Source: Octopus vulgaris
Lineage: Eukaryota
NCBI GenBank assembly: GCA_951406725.2
Contig: OX597819.1
Location: 90,892,001-90,956,000, forward strand
Direction of reading: 5' to 3'
Length of the DNA: 64,000 bases
Shown here: positions 11,942 to 25,411 of the stretch, piece after piece
Numbering within the stretch: position 1 is the stretch's first letter
How the letters are laid out: every line of letters starts with the position of its first letter
Made by a program: the position numbers and the translations under genes
Notes under the pieces: generated by a model
Seen by the model: the letters and a program-made list of their open reading frames with translations, nothing else
Databases searched by the model: none
What the model was told of the DNA's origin: nothing

Positions 11942-12679
11942 CACACACACACACACAAACACACATATACATGCACACATACAGACACACACACATGTGC
12001 ACATACACAGACATGCACACATGCATTCACACACAAACATGCATTTATACACACACACACACACAAACACACACATATACATACACACATACACACAAAC
12101 AGACACACATACACATGCACACACAAACACCACACACATACATACACACAAACATACACATACACACACATGCACACATGTATATACTTACATACCAACA
12201 TACATACATACAATCTGTTCCATTGATCATCTACCTCTAAACTCTTTCTTTCTTTTCTTCTACCTTCACTATTTCTATTCCTCTTCATTACACCATTACC
12301 ACTACCACTACCACCACCACTACCACCACAACCACCACCACCACCACCACCACCACTACCACCACCACCACCACCACCACAACAACCACCACCACCACCA
12401 CCACCGCCGCCGCCGCTGCCGCTGCCACCACCTCCACCACCACTACCACCAATGCAGTTGCCCTTGCTGCTGCCATCACGCCATCCACTGCCGCTGCTAG
12501 CACCACAATTATTGTAATCATAATTTTACAGCATCTTAAGGTTATTACAAATTCCACAGTTGCTTATTTAACTCTTTAGCATTCAGATATTACTCTGTCA
12601 AATGTATTGTTTATTAATTTGTATTGTTTTGAATTAACCATGGCTTATCTCATAGCTTTGAGATTTTGAAATCGATCAA

Positions 12680-13092
12680 TGGAAATTGCAGATGTGTTAC
12701 CAGTGCCGGTGGCATGTAAGAGAACCATCCGTTCATGACCATTGCCAGCGCCGCCCCGACTGGCCTCGTGCTGGTGGCACGTAAAAAGCACCATCCGTTC
12801 GTGTCCGTTGCCAGCCTCGCCTGGCCCCCATGCCGGTGGCACATAAAAAGCACCATCCGTTCGTGGCCGTTTGCCAGCTCTGTCTGCCACCTGTGCGGGT
12901 GGCATGTAAAAAGCACCCACTACACTCACGGAGTGGTTGGCATTAGGAAGGGCATCCAGCCATAGAAACACTGCCAGATCTGACTAGGCCTGATGAAGCC
13001 TTCTGGCTTCACAGATCCCAGTTGAACCGTCCAACCCATGCTAGCATGGAAAACGGACGCTAAACGATGATGATGATGATGATGATGATGAT
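12680..13092 (+). mobile_element. SINE family B with internal tandem GTGGCACGTAAAAAGCACC units and a (GAT)n tail (RTE-tail type). Other copies near 19855-19950, 21010-21483, 24550-24655, 39280-39430, 51060-51337(+), 51347-51550(-), 62620-62820
   Basis: Conserved GGAGTGGTTGGCGTTAGGAAGGGCATCCAGC...CCAACCCATGCTAGCATGGAAAACGGACGTTAAACGATGATGAT. This copy interrupts a TTAA-MITE (about 12572-13190). Confidence 0.75.
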
Positions 13093-13724
13093 TGTTAATG
13101 ATCTGAGTGACATTGTCAGGTAGGTGTGAGTGGCCAGACCTGGCCAGTTTTGACAAAAAAACAGGTAAAACATTTTGGGCTGGAAATGGTTAAAATGTCA
13201 GATCTTTGCAGAGTGTTAAACTTTCACTCATTGAAGTCTGAATTATTAATGGAAGAGACATTTTAAGTCTCTGAGAATTTGAGTAAGGAAATTACCATCT
13301 GAAAGTAGGTGTTGTTAAGTACTAGAACATAATGAGTGAATTTCTTGAGTGGTTAACAGTGAACACCCTTATCATAAGCAATATGTGTTTGGGGTTAATG
13401 GGTCATATTCAAAGAACCATGCTTTTACACACACGTCAATATTTTTTTTTTTCATTTCTAGTTTGTCAGTCAGTTTAGTTTTCATTCAGAATCAATTTAG
13501 ATTTTTGATAGACTCACTAGTTTTCATCTGGCCCATACTAATTTTCAAAATATTCACTATATGATGCACAAGCATGACTATGATAAGAAGCTTCCTTCCC
13601 AACTGCATGGTTCTGGGTTCAGTTCTATTGCATGGCACCTTGGGAATGTTTCTTCTGCTACAGCCCTGCGCTAACCAATGCCTTGTGAGTGGATTTGGTC
13701 GACAGAAATGAAAAGAAACCTGTA

Positions 13725-13759
<35 letters not shown>

Positions 13760-13812
13760 TGTGTGTATATACACAAACACACAGACATGCATATATATAG
13801 ATGGCCATGGTC

Positions 13813-14720
13813 TCACGTGATGAAACCATCTAATGACCAGTCCGTTTTGGCAAAAAGAGGGAACTTTAGCGGTTTGTGGTTGGTGAAAATCGTGAAATCT
13901 CTACCTTCAAGAAGGTGAGAGAAATACTTCACTGCTAGATAAATCCCTAAGAGTTCCTTACCAAACACACTGTACTTCAATTCAGCAGTTTTCAACTGGC
14001 AAGAAAAGAAAGCTAGTAACTGGGTTTAGCCATTGACAAATTGCTGCAAAACTTTGCCAATGGCCAAAGCAGACACATCTACAGTAAGAGACAATTTTGC
14101 ATCAGCAACAGGATAAGCAAGGAAGGATGCTTGAGCAAGCTCAGCTTTGACAGATTCAAAAGCTTGGATGGCTGTAGGAGACAGTGTAATTGGGATATCT
14201 TTCTTGCGTTGATGTTTCAAAAGCTGAGTCAAGGGAACCAACTTTTCCATACAGTTAGGAATGAAGCCACAATAATAATTAATTATACCAATAAAATTTC
14301 TGAACTGTTTTAAGGAAACAGGAAGAGACAAGCATTTGATGGCTTCCACTTTAGAGGACAAATACTGTTGGCGTCAATAAGATGCCCCAAGAATTTCAAG
14401 CTGGTAGAACCAAATACACACTTAGCTGGATTGATCTTCCCATCATAGGAACACAGACACTTGAACAGTTGAGTTAAGTATTGGAGGTGCTGGTCCAGAG
14501 TACTACTGGTGATTAAAAGGTCATTGATGTCTGTGAAGACAAAGTCTAACCCACAAACGACCTCATCAATGAACCTTTGGAACATGCTGTCCACATTACA
14601 AAGACCAAATGGCATAGACAAGAATTCAGATGCTCCAAAAGGTCTGGTGACAGCTGTCTTTGGAATGTCGTTGGTGTTGACAGGGATTTGATGGTACATG
14701 CATGCCAAGTATGGAGGATG
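13813..14720 (-). mobile_element. Ty3/gypsy pol remnant (RT + RNase H), disrupted
   Basis: YHQIPV...KTAV.RPFG..EF..MPFGL.N...FQRFID; degenerate YIDD (DIND); RNase H LTVDVSALAIG and YS...KELL.IY.AVKYF, spread over three frames. Confidence 0.85.
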
Positions 14721-15284
14721 GGTTCCACATGCTTTCAGTGACAATAACAAAAATCAACGAGCCACAATTTCTGCTGGTTTGCTTGCTCATCATAGCTCAA
14801 CTCATGGACACAAATAATGATTTCTTTACCAAATCATTACTGTCTGTCTGTGTGCAAAATAAATCAAAAAGTTGTGAACGGTATTTGATAAAATTTGCAG
14901 GAAGAGTTGGTAATGACACAAGGAACATATGATGAAATTTTGGTAGTGATCCGGGAATTTTAATGGATTCTTGAAGGATTTGTTATATTTACTTTACATG
15001 AAGTATTACAATGTTATGTTCTTTGATTATCTCCCTTGAAAACACGTTCATCGTTTTCACTTAACCTATGGTGGCGTTGCTGTTTCCAAAGTTTATTTAC
15101 GTTTCTCTATTAGTAATTTTACATGTTGTGTGTGTATCAGTCAAGTTTTAGGTAATTGTTGTTTCTGTTTAGTTGTATGGTGAAACTAGCTTGCGGTTGT
15201 CATTAATGTATTATAACTGCTTCAGCTGATTCCTATTTTTAAAGGGTTTTTTTTAAAAATCATATGGCTGTGTTATTATTTTTT

Positions 15285-15420
15285 TTTTTACCCCCACCAA
15301 GGAGGTTATGTTTTTGCCGGTGTTGGTTTGGGAAATTGGGTGATTTTCAGCATGCGTGTATATGGGTGGAAATGAGCTGCTTGACTGAGGTCTGCGCTCT
15401 CCGAGTGCTTTTCTAGCTTA
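15285..15420 (+). mobile_element. Helentron-associated short element (HINE/DINE-1-like); related sequence at about 14825-14960
   Basis: T-rich flank, subterminal CCCCCACCAAGGAGGTTATGTTTT, and 3' GAGGTCTGCGCTCTCCGAGTGCTTTTCTAG hairpin end. Confidence 0.5.
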
Positions 15421-17174
15421 TTTATTTATTTATTTATTTTATATTCTCTTCTATCAGAATGTTTCAAATTTCTAACTTGTGATTTGCATACATACATCAC
15501 CATGTCTTTTATTAGCTGAAGAAATTACTTTGTAATCAGTTCCAAGTGTAGGTTTGTGAAACAACTTAAGACAAATGTATGTGCATAATTGTGTGTCTGC
15601 ATGTGTGTGTTTGTATGTGTGTGTGTGTGTGTGCATGTGTGTGTATTTGTATGTGTGTTTATGCAGGTGTGGGTGAGTGTGTGTGTATGTGTGTTTTTAT
15701 GTGAGTGCATATATGTATGTTTGAGAGTGAATGTATGTATTTGTGTGTGTGTGTGTATGCATGTGTATGTTTATGCATGCATGCATGTGTGTTTGTATGT
15801 GAGTGTGTGCATGTGTGTGTTTATGTGCGTTTGTGTGTGTGTGTGTGCATGTGTATGTTTGAGTGTGGGTGTATGTAGCCATGTGCGTGTGTGTTTGTGT
15901 GTGTGTGTGTGTGTGCGTGCGTGCGTGTGTGTGTGTGTGTGTGTGTGAGCACATCTAATTCTTAGTGTCACTATTCAAGCTGTTGATTTTCTGTCCCCAC
16001 TGCTGAACTTTGATTACACTGCCTAAACAGAAGAAACAAAGTGCATAAACCAAAACCAAAGGAGGGTAAGGGAAAATACACAATCTTCTCCAAGTGTGCA
16101 CAGGTGTAGCAAGGGGAAAAAAAAAACAGAGTATTTAGACTTTATCTGCCCGCTTTTCCCTCAAGATTATATTATATTTACCTGTGTACTCATGTACAAG
16201 AGAGTGAAGGCGTATTTGTGTTATGTGTAAGTAAGAGTGGAGGGGCAATCACAAAACATACACAGGTAGGCAAATTGAACAGGCCTACCTACCCAAACAT
16301 TCTATACAAGACTGCCAGATAAGAACTAAACAGGGACAAGCTATCACTTCCTGTGATCCATTATGTCTAATTATAGTCATGGCAACAGCTGCATTTGGTC
16401 ACTGGCTTGCCTTCCCTTTTTTTGTTTTTGTTCATAACTTGTTGGGTATTGTTGTTGTTGTGGTGGTGGTGGACGTCATGATTTCATTCTGACAGTTTTA
16501 GATTATATAGACTTAATATGTATTATGTATCAATTTCAATCTGCTGGGCTGTAAACAGGCTGATTCATTACATTACTGCTTCTATATTATTGAATACCAA
16601 CTGAGCCTTCTATTTAACTACAAGCCAGCAGTATAACAGAGGCAGTAGCAGCAGCAGCAGCAGCAGTAGCAGTAGCAGTGGTATTCTTAGTTATAGTAGT
16701 AACAGAATATGTGCTCTAATTTTTCTTAGATATTGGGTGCCAAAATGCTTGATTTATTATTGTATTTATTGGGTTAGGTGTGAGCTAGAAAAACTGTTAC
16801 AGTGAATTTGTTGTAGACAAAGAAACACATAAACATTCACACGAGCGCGCGCGCACACACACACACACATCTCTGGTGGTTTTCACAAATGGGAGAAAAA
16901 GTACTTAAAACCATACTAGAGTATAGTAGTTTATCTAGATTGTTCTTTGTGCCTGTTTCTTGAGTGCAGTTTTTGCTTTCATCTTCCTTAAGAAATTGAC
17001 TATACACCAGGAACACTCCAGAGTAACAGACTATGGGATCAGCTTTAATTCATCATCATCGTCATCATCATCGTCGCCGTCGTCATCATTGTCATCATCA
17101 TCACCATCACCGTCATCATCGTCGTCATCATCATCACCATTGTCATCATCATAGAAAAAGTTACCTGCCATAGA

Positions 17175-17427
17175 CACAAACGTAGCTAGAGGGGGTGGAA
17201 GGGGTGGTCCATTCTGGGTGGCACCACTTTTGGGTCTGCTGTAGGCTATAAGCCTGTAAAGGCTATATTGAAGTCAAATAGTGGTTTTAATGTCAGGATT
17301 CAGACACTATTCACCATTAAATCCAACAATTTATATAGTCACTGTGCAATGTGTATTTTTTGAAGGGGCCCAGGGATGGTAAACTGAAAGGCCACCCCAG
17401 TTGGCGCACACTCTAGCTACACCACTG
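17175..17427. mobile_element. hAT-type MITE
   Basis: Perfect 8-bp TSD GCCATAGA (17167-17174 and 17428-17435). Imperfect TIR CA....GTAGCTAGAG / CTCTAGCTACACCACTG. Confidence 0.75.
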
Positions 17428-17590
17428 GCCATAGAGTGGGGTGAGATTTGTTCCTTGTATACTTAGTGGAAGCCAAAAACAATCACTGGCTCAATGGTCT
17501 GTATCTTCTTATACATTATTTACTTAGTGATTCTCTTGATGCTACTCAGATATGTATAAAGGAGTCTAGATCTGAAATAGATCTGAAATA

Positions 17591-17890
17591 TTTCGTTTTT
17601 GGATTTGGTTTGCATGATTCCTTATATGAGTTCGTGTGTTGAAGCATATTCTGTTGTGTCTGGGGAGAGTCATTTTCTTTTTGTACCTTATAATGTAACA
17701 CACTCACTGGTAAAATTTCCACTTATTTCTTATTTTGATTTTCCTAAAATTTTCGTTGCATCTTGCAGACTATTGAAAAGGTTGCAAGACGCAATGGAAA
17801 TTTTAGGAAAATAAAAATAAGAAATAAGTGGAAATTTGAGTGTGTTACATTATAAGGTACAAAAAGAAAATGACCCTCCCCAGACACAAC
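17591..17890. mobile_element. Fold-back PLE-derived insertion (~115-bp arms, 17651-17892) with a hammerhead-like motif at its centre
   Basis: 17651-17767 is the reverse complement of about 17783-17892, with one ~8-nt indel. Flanked by repeated AGATCTGAAATA (17568, 17579, 17891). Confidence 0.65.
17768..17807 (+). ncRNA. Hammerhead-like motif (UUGAAAA core), mutated in this copy
   Basis: CTA TTGAAAA G GTTGC-aagac-GCAAT GGAAA TTTT AG. The opposite arm preserves GCAAC GAAA AT TT TAG, which allows an intact fold to be reconstructed. Confidence 0.55.
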
Positions 17891-20329
17891 AGATCTGAAA
17901 TAGTTTCCCATGCTTGCTTAAAGAAAAGAAAATAATATTAGTCAATGGATAATATTTTTCGTTCTTTCATCACTTATTTATTTCTAGTTAACATTTTGGT
18001 GATCCCTGCTTTAACCATGTCAGCCTTGACCAAGAGGATTTAACCCACATCTGAACCTGAACTCCACAGTCAATACACAGAAAGCCATTTACTGAAAATA
18101 ATTTGTAAAAACATATAAAATCTTAGGTTTTCATCTAAAATTAATAAGTGTTCGATCTATCCTAATATTGTGCATTGGTGTGCTGCCAGATGTCAATTTT
18201 CTTTTGCAGTACATTGTTTTCACTTTAAGTTTGTGAAATATGAACATGGTCTCCCATTTTGTCATCAACTTTAAACACTTCCATTCACATTGACTGATTG
18301 TAAATCATCTTCAGGATACATTTCATTGAATTTCAATGCATTCTCAGAATATTCTAATTCCTGCAGTAATGAACATCCTATGCCTTCGGTGTCCCTCTCC
18401 AGACATACTTGGCTGGATGAGCATCATTTTATGGTCAAAATATATCAGAAAAATAATTCTCAAGATGCACCTTATCACCAAACAGATATTTGTAAAGAAA
18501 CTAACACGGCAGTGAAGACAAATCTTCATTCTGATTGGTTGGTTTATTTTTTGTTTGAACTGATTTTAACATGAGGTTTCCCCATATTAAAATTATATCA
18601 GTAATTTGGCAAAGAAACAAGCCTGAAATTCTTGGTATACTAAAAGTATGGCCTGAGAGGGTTAAATAAGTTGGCCTGTTGAAAAATTTTTTGAGCAATT
18701 GTCAAAATACCTAGTGGAATTTATTTAGGTTCTGGCTTCAAATCTTGCCAATCTTTGCCAATTCTACTGAAATTGGTTAAAAAAAAATAAAACAAACAAA
18801 ACAACAACTACAAAAACAAAGAATAAAACAAAAGCAATGTGTATGAAAAACAGTCATGTACTGAGTCTATTTATAAAACTATAATGCTTAGCTACGAGTG
18901 GAATTATATAAGGCAAAACAATATTAGCTCAACTTTTGCTATTCATGTGGCAACGGGGCTCTAAACAATTTATTCTCTATACAATTATTGTTCTACTTTG
19001 TTTCTCTTACTGACACTTCTGATAGCCAGACTTGCTTTTTTTAAAATTTATTTCTTATTGTTAATGAGTACCCCAGATCAGCTTTGGACATAGCATTGGC
19101 ACAGGGCCTTGACTAATTCAAATAGAAATTTCTAGCTGTAGCCATCCACTCTATATTGTTAGTATTAGGCTATAAGATTTAGACAACAAAATTGTGGGTA
19201 TTAATTTTAAAAATAGCTAGTTGGGGGATTTTATTAAGACTGGTACAATAACATAAATTAATTTAGCAAATTTAATGATTTTGTCATTCACAAAGAGGCA
19301 CAAACAGTAAACTCCTGGATGAAATGCTTTTCAATATTTAGTCTTTAGCAGGTTAGTAAATCGGTAAAATTGGTAGAGCAGTAGATAAAATACTATACAA
19401 TATTTTGCTACATCTTTCTATGTTTTGAGTTCAAATCCCTTTGGGATTCAATTTGGTTTCTTGTTCTTTCAGAGTTGATAAGATACACACTGTGGGAAAG
19501 TACTGAAATCATATAATTAATTGTCCATGCTTTTCTCCCAATATGTCTAGTTCTGCATCTATACTAGAGTTCAGTATTTAATTTTGGTCATCTACTGTCT
19601 TTGCTCAAATTACACCAATATCATCTTTATCATTTAAATATCTGCTGTTAATGGAATAAAAGACGCAGGAGTGACTGTGTGGTAAGTAGCTTGTTTACCA
19701 ACCACATGGTTCCGGGTTCAGTCCCACTGCGTGGCACCTTGGGCAAGTGTCTTCTATTATAGCCTCGAGCCGACCAAAGCCTTGTGAGTGGATTTGGTAG
19801 ACGGAAACTGAAAGAAGCCCGTCGTATATATGTATATATATATATATATATATACGGTGCAGCCTTCGGGCTCCCCAGACCCCAGTTGAACCGTCCAACC
19901 CATGCTAGCATGGAAAGCGGATGTTAAATGATGATGATGATGATGATGATGTGTGTGTGCTTGTGTGTCTGTGTTTGTCCCCCTAGCATTGCTTGACAAC
20001 CGATGCTGGTGTGTTTATGTCCCCGTTACTTAGCGGTTCGGCAAAAGAGACCGATAAAATAAGTACTGGGCTTACAAAAGAATAAGTCCCGGGTCAAGTT
20101 GCTCGATTAAAGGTGGTGCTCCAGCATGGCAGCAGTCAAATGACTGAAACAAGTAAAAGAGTAAAAGAGAGAGTGGAGATGTCAAGAGTCAATTCAATTG
20201 ACAAGCCCTTTGCCCCATCAACCCTATTGCATTAAACACCTACAGTTGGGAAAATAATCAGTGGACATGTTAAGAATTGATTCAGTTGACTGGACCCCTA
20301 CCCAACCTTCAGTATAGATGGCCTTATAC

Positions 20330-20752
20330 CAAAGGTTCTCAAAGTGGGCAGCACCAAACCCAAAAGGCACTGAGCATGTCAAAGGGAGCATTAGGCTTTA
20401 TGGAGCAGTGAAGTAATAAAATTAACATACTAAATTTTATCTATAGTAGTAATTATATTATACATGATAAAACTAGTAATGGTTATTAAAATAAAATGAA
20501 ATCTCCCCAGGTACAGGTAAGTCATTAGCTTACAATGTATAAAATAAATTGACAAATTTTGTCTTTATCAGTTTTTTATCATTTCACTTTTAAAAGCTTA
20601 TACAATCCATTTTTAGAAAAAAATTTATAAATTATCATCCATGTTAAGTTAGTTTAGTCATGATACTTGATTTGCCACTTAGATAGGAGCTAGGCATAAC
20701 AACTACTTAAAAGGAGGGCACTACAAAAAAAAAAAAAGGTCAAGAACCACTG
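20330..20752. mobile_element. hAT (Charlie-like) MITE
   Basis: Termini CAAAGGTTCTCAA and TCAAGAACCACTG; 8-bp TSD CCTTATAC/CCTTGTAC. Confidence 0.7.
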
Positions 20753-21567
20753 CCTTGTACCAATCATTAAGAAATCTCAAGATATCATTATATTATAAGA
20801 ATGTTTTGTTGAGACAATGTGAGTCAGTTCCAGTTCACTATTGATGTAACTTCCCTTCAAATTACACTCCATTCTACTTTGGAAAAGCATGAATGCAACA
20901 GCTTTCGTTTCTGTTTCTTTCTCTTAAATGGAAAAGAATATTTTAAAGGTGCTTGTCTTAATACTTTTGCTTCCATATATTTGTTGAAAAACATCGCTTT
21001 AGTTTCAGACACTGTGCCAGTGGCACATAAAAGGCACCATTCAAGTGTGATCGTTACCAGCGTCGCCTTACTGGCACTTGTGCCCCGTGCTAGTAGGGTG
21101 CTTAGAGCACCATCTGAATGTGATCATTGCCAGAGTGACTAACTGGCTTCTGTGCCGGTGGCACGTAAAAGGCACCATTCGAGTGTGATTGTTACCAGCA
21201 TCGCCTTACTGGCACTTGTGCCGGTGGCACGGGTAAAAACATTTGAGTGAGGTCGTTGCCGGTACTGCCTGACTGGCCTCCATGCCAGTGGCATGTAAAA
21301 GCACCCACTACACTCTCGGAGTGGTTGGCGTTAGGAAGGGCATCCAGCTGTAGAAACTCTGCCAGATCAAGATTAGAGCCTGGTGCAGCCATCTGGTTCG
21401 CCAGCCCCCAGTCAAATTGTCCAACCAATGCTAACATGGAAAGCGGATGTTAAGCGATGATGATGATGATGATGATGATGATGAATTTAGTAAAACAACC
21501 TTGTTGTTATTAAGTTGGCATTTGGAACATAAATTGACATAAATTTTGATGGAACATTTTAATTTAA

Positions 21568-21787
21568 CTCTTTAGCATTCAGATTTCCCTATCAGTCATA
21601 ATGCTTATTTATTCACATTGATATGAATTAGCCATGCATTTCCTTGTAACTTTGAAGTTTCAATGACGTGATTGTTTATTTTTAGAATAATATTGTTGGG
21701 TAAGTGTGAGAGGCCAGATCTGGCCAGTTTGAAGATAATACAGGTAGATTATTTTGGTCAGATATGGTCAGTTTAAATGCTAAAGGG
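21568..21787. mobile_element. piggyBac-type MITE family 1 (copies also at about 12572-13190 and 29527-29741)
   Basis: TTAA on both flanks; TIR CTCTTTAGCATT / AATGCTAAAGGG; internal sequence shared among three copies. Confidence 0.75.
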
Positions 21788-22222
21788 TTAAGACAAAACA
21801 TTTATATTATAGAATATCAAGCAGTATCAAAATGGTTAATGTTTATTAACTTGTCACCTGTTGTTGTTAGTGACTGTGTCTTTGTTAACTTATTCCTCAA
21901 GAAATTCACATGCTTGTTGTTGTTGTTGCTGGTGGTGGTGGTGGTGGTGGTGATTTTGTTTTCTTACGCTTGTTCTTTTTGTTCTTGTTCTTTTCTTCAT
22001 AGTAGTAGTAGTGGTAGAAGGGTTATTCTTTGTGACATTTTTGATTACCTGTGAGAAATAGGAAAAACTTGTATTTTCCATTTTCTCTTCTTTACAAATG
22101 AGTTGGACAGGATTCAAGTTGAGAGAAAGAAAGCAAACTTGTTTATTGTAAATAATACACACATACACACACGTGTGTGTGTGTGTGTGTGTACATGTAC
22201 ACATATATGCATGTGTGTGTAT

Positions 22223-22259
<37 letters not shown>

Positions 22260-22405
22260 CGCATGCACAATACACACACAAACACACATATAGACACATA
22301 TACATATTTCTTTTATTTCTTTTGTGTTTCAGCCATGTGGCACACATACACACACATACACTCACACATACAAATACACATATATGTATGAATATGTTTG
22401 TGCAT

Positions 22406-22441
<36 letters not shown>

Positions 22442-22833
22442 AGTATATACACATACAGAGTTAAGTTGACATATTCACTGCCATGTTGCATTAGACAGGC
22501 TCAATGTGATACGTGTACACATTGTCACTGAAATTCAAATTTCTGTGCATTAGATTAATAAATTATCAGCCAAGGCTATATAGTTATTTGCGACTAATGT
22601 ATGCTATTTGTGTAACGTTAGCATTGTACTGTTGTTATGAGTATTGCTTGTATGATCTCGGTGAGACTATGAAGGCTTAGAAATGTTGATGATAGGTTTG
22701 AAGACTTTACTGTTCTGAACAAACTGCAAAGAACCCATATGAATATATGAAATAACCTTTGCACAGAAGATGATACTAGATAATACTGTCATCTATTCAA
22801 TACAATGTGTAAAAGATAAACTGATTTTGTATT

Positions 22834-22875
<42 letters not shown>

Positions 22876-22925
22876 TATCATCTGTCTTATATATGTATGA
22901 ACACACACACATGCATGTATACATA

Positions 22926-22973
<48 letters not shown>

Positions 22974-22984
22974 TATATACATAT

Positions 22985-23034
<50 letters not shown>

Positions 23035-23250
23035 CTTTTATTAAACTTTTAATACTTTTGATATATATCTTTAAGATAATATAAATTAATTAATTTTATG
23101 TATTGGCTTATGTTTTTCATTGTTTGATTTGCCTAATAGTGGTTTTATCTCTAATTTAATATAATATAATATAATATATTTTACTATAAAATTGGATTTA
23201 ATCCTAAATCTGATTTTTCCCTGTAAGTTTGGATCTATTCCCTAATATTT

Positions 23251-23321
<71 letters not shown>

Positions 23322-24261
23322 TGTATGTATGTATGTATGTATGTATGTATGTATGTATCTATGTATATCTATTCATTAATCTATATGCATACATACACAT
23401 GTGTATGGAGAGAAAGAGAAAAAGAGAGAGAGAGAGAGAGAGAGAGATAGAGTGTGTGTGTGAGAGAGGAGTAGTTGAAGCCTTTGACAAGAAAGATACA
23501 TAGATAAAGATGCATAGATGCATAACAGAGAAAAACTAAAAACAACCGACTGAGAATGACGGATCAAACCTGTGGCTGAAGTAAAGTTTCAACCAGACCA
23601 AGAGTGACTTGGTGATAGAAAAGTGAGGTAGACAGTGCCACGAAAGGGAAGAGACAGGCTTGGAATGACTGGTAAAATAGAAGCAGTAGAGAAATCTGTA
23701 AATTCTCTAGAATGTTCAAGAATGGTCAAAGAATATGGGAAGCTGCCATATTAGTAAATTCAGGACTTCAGGTTGCCAGATAGACCTGGCTTGTCCTCTG
23801 AGAATAACTAGGTTTCTGATTTTTGATTAGTTACTCTGATGGCTTGCAATTGTATCATTCAGGCTGTTATTAAATACCTTTCCCTGACTCTTACAAGTTT
23901 TTCTGATGGGAAAGGCTTGATAAAAGATTTGTGCAAAGTGCCAAATTACGTATACACACATTATGTTTCAGAACATTTAGTATTGCATACATATCTCCGG
24001 GTCTTTTGCTGTCTTCCTTATGAGATTCAAAAGTCCTGAGATCAGACTTTACTACTTCATTCCATGTATTCATGGATTGCATTCTTCTACAAGCATTAGG
24101 TTCCTATATCAAGTGATTGGCACTTCTTTATCATCCATGTCTCTGTGTGATACCTTGCCTTCACATCAAGTAATAATTGTAAGCAAGTGTCACCATCATT
24201 CAAGAAGAGACTTTTTTTCTAATCTTCTGTGTAAAAATGTCCAGCCTTGGTTAAATATTAC

Positions 24262-24495
24262 TTATTTCTTTACTACCCACAAGGGGCTAAACACAGAGGG
24301 GACAAACAAGGACAGACAAATGGATTAAGCCGATTACATCGACCCCAGTGCATAACTGGTACTTAATTTATCGACCCTGAAAGGATGAAAGGCAAAGTCG
24401 ACCTTGGCGGAATTTGAACTCAGAACGTAACAGCAGACGAAATACCGCTAAGCATTTCGCCCGACATGCTAACGTTTCTGCTAGCTCGCCGCCTT
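24262..24495 (-). mobile_element. tRNA-headed SINE family C with a Nin/Deu-like domain. Other copies near 19350-19580(+), 29177-29520(+), 35010-35217(-), 48430-48570(-), 52503-52715(+)
   Basis: Head GGCGGCGAGCTAGCAGAAACGTTAG...GAGTTCAAATTCC, then GCCTTTCATCCTTTCAGGGTCGATAAATTAAGTACC. Confidence 0.75.
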
Positions 24496-24811
24496 ATTTA
24501 AATGGTTAAATATTACCTTTCTTAAAACAAATGACTGCTGATGATAAGTAGAGCATCAGGGTGTAGAAAATTTGTCTGAACAAATTCCATCTGATTTATG
24601 CAAGCATGGAAAAATGGACATAGAAATGATCATGTTGATAATGATGATGATGATGATATATGTGTGCACACATAAATGATATTAATTGGCATAGAGAATT
24701 TCCATGTGTGAGAGGCAATGTGTATGTATGTATAAGTACATGAATCTATCTCTCTATCTATCTGTCTGTCTGTCTGTCTGACTATCTCTCTCTATATATC
24801 ATCATCATTGT

Positions 24812-24842
<31 letters not shown>

Positions 24843-25411
24843 TATCATATCACCATTTTAATGTCAACTTTTTCCTGGGCTGGGCTGAATTTATTGAGGT
24901 AGATTTTCTACACCTAGATGCTCTTCCTATTGCCAACTCTCGCCAGTTTACAGGTAAAAGTAATATTTTTCCCCTGGCCAAACACGTTCTTGCAGAATGT
25001 TGGCAATAAAGAATGACACAGCATATAATGACTGTGATGCTCATTTACATCTATCAGGTGATGTCAAGACAAAGAGACACAAGCATACACACACTTATAT
25101 ATAAATATATATATGTATATATATATATATACATGATGCACTTCTTTCAGTTTCTGCTTACCAAATCCACTCACCAGGCTTTGGTTAGCCTAGGGCTATA
25201 GCAGAAGACACTTACCCAAGATGCCATTCAGTGGGACTTAAGTTGAAACCATGTGGTTGGGAAGCAAGCTTCTGACCACACAGTCACACCTGCACCTATA
25301 TATACATACACACACACATACATGCACATATATATGCACACACGCACATACATACATACATACATATATACATACATACATACATACATACATACATACA
25401 TACATACATAC

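Noticed and set aside
12700-12920. Regularly spaced GTGGCACGTAAAAAGCACC repeats as a CRISPR-like array (also 21010-21310)
   Set aside because: The spacers are homologous to each other, the context is eukaryotic and no cas genes are present. These are internal tandem units of SINE B.
12989-13015. CTGATGAAGCC-ttct-GGCTTC as a hammerhead
   Set aside because: No GAAA or stem III follows. Other SINE B copies read CCTGGTGCAGCC here, so it is a chance variant.
20505-20525. CCCCAG|GTACAG|GTAAGT as a 6-nt microexon or recursive splice site
   Set aside because: It lies inside a hAT MITE and has a weak polypyrimidine tract, with no other support.
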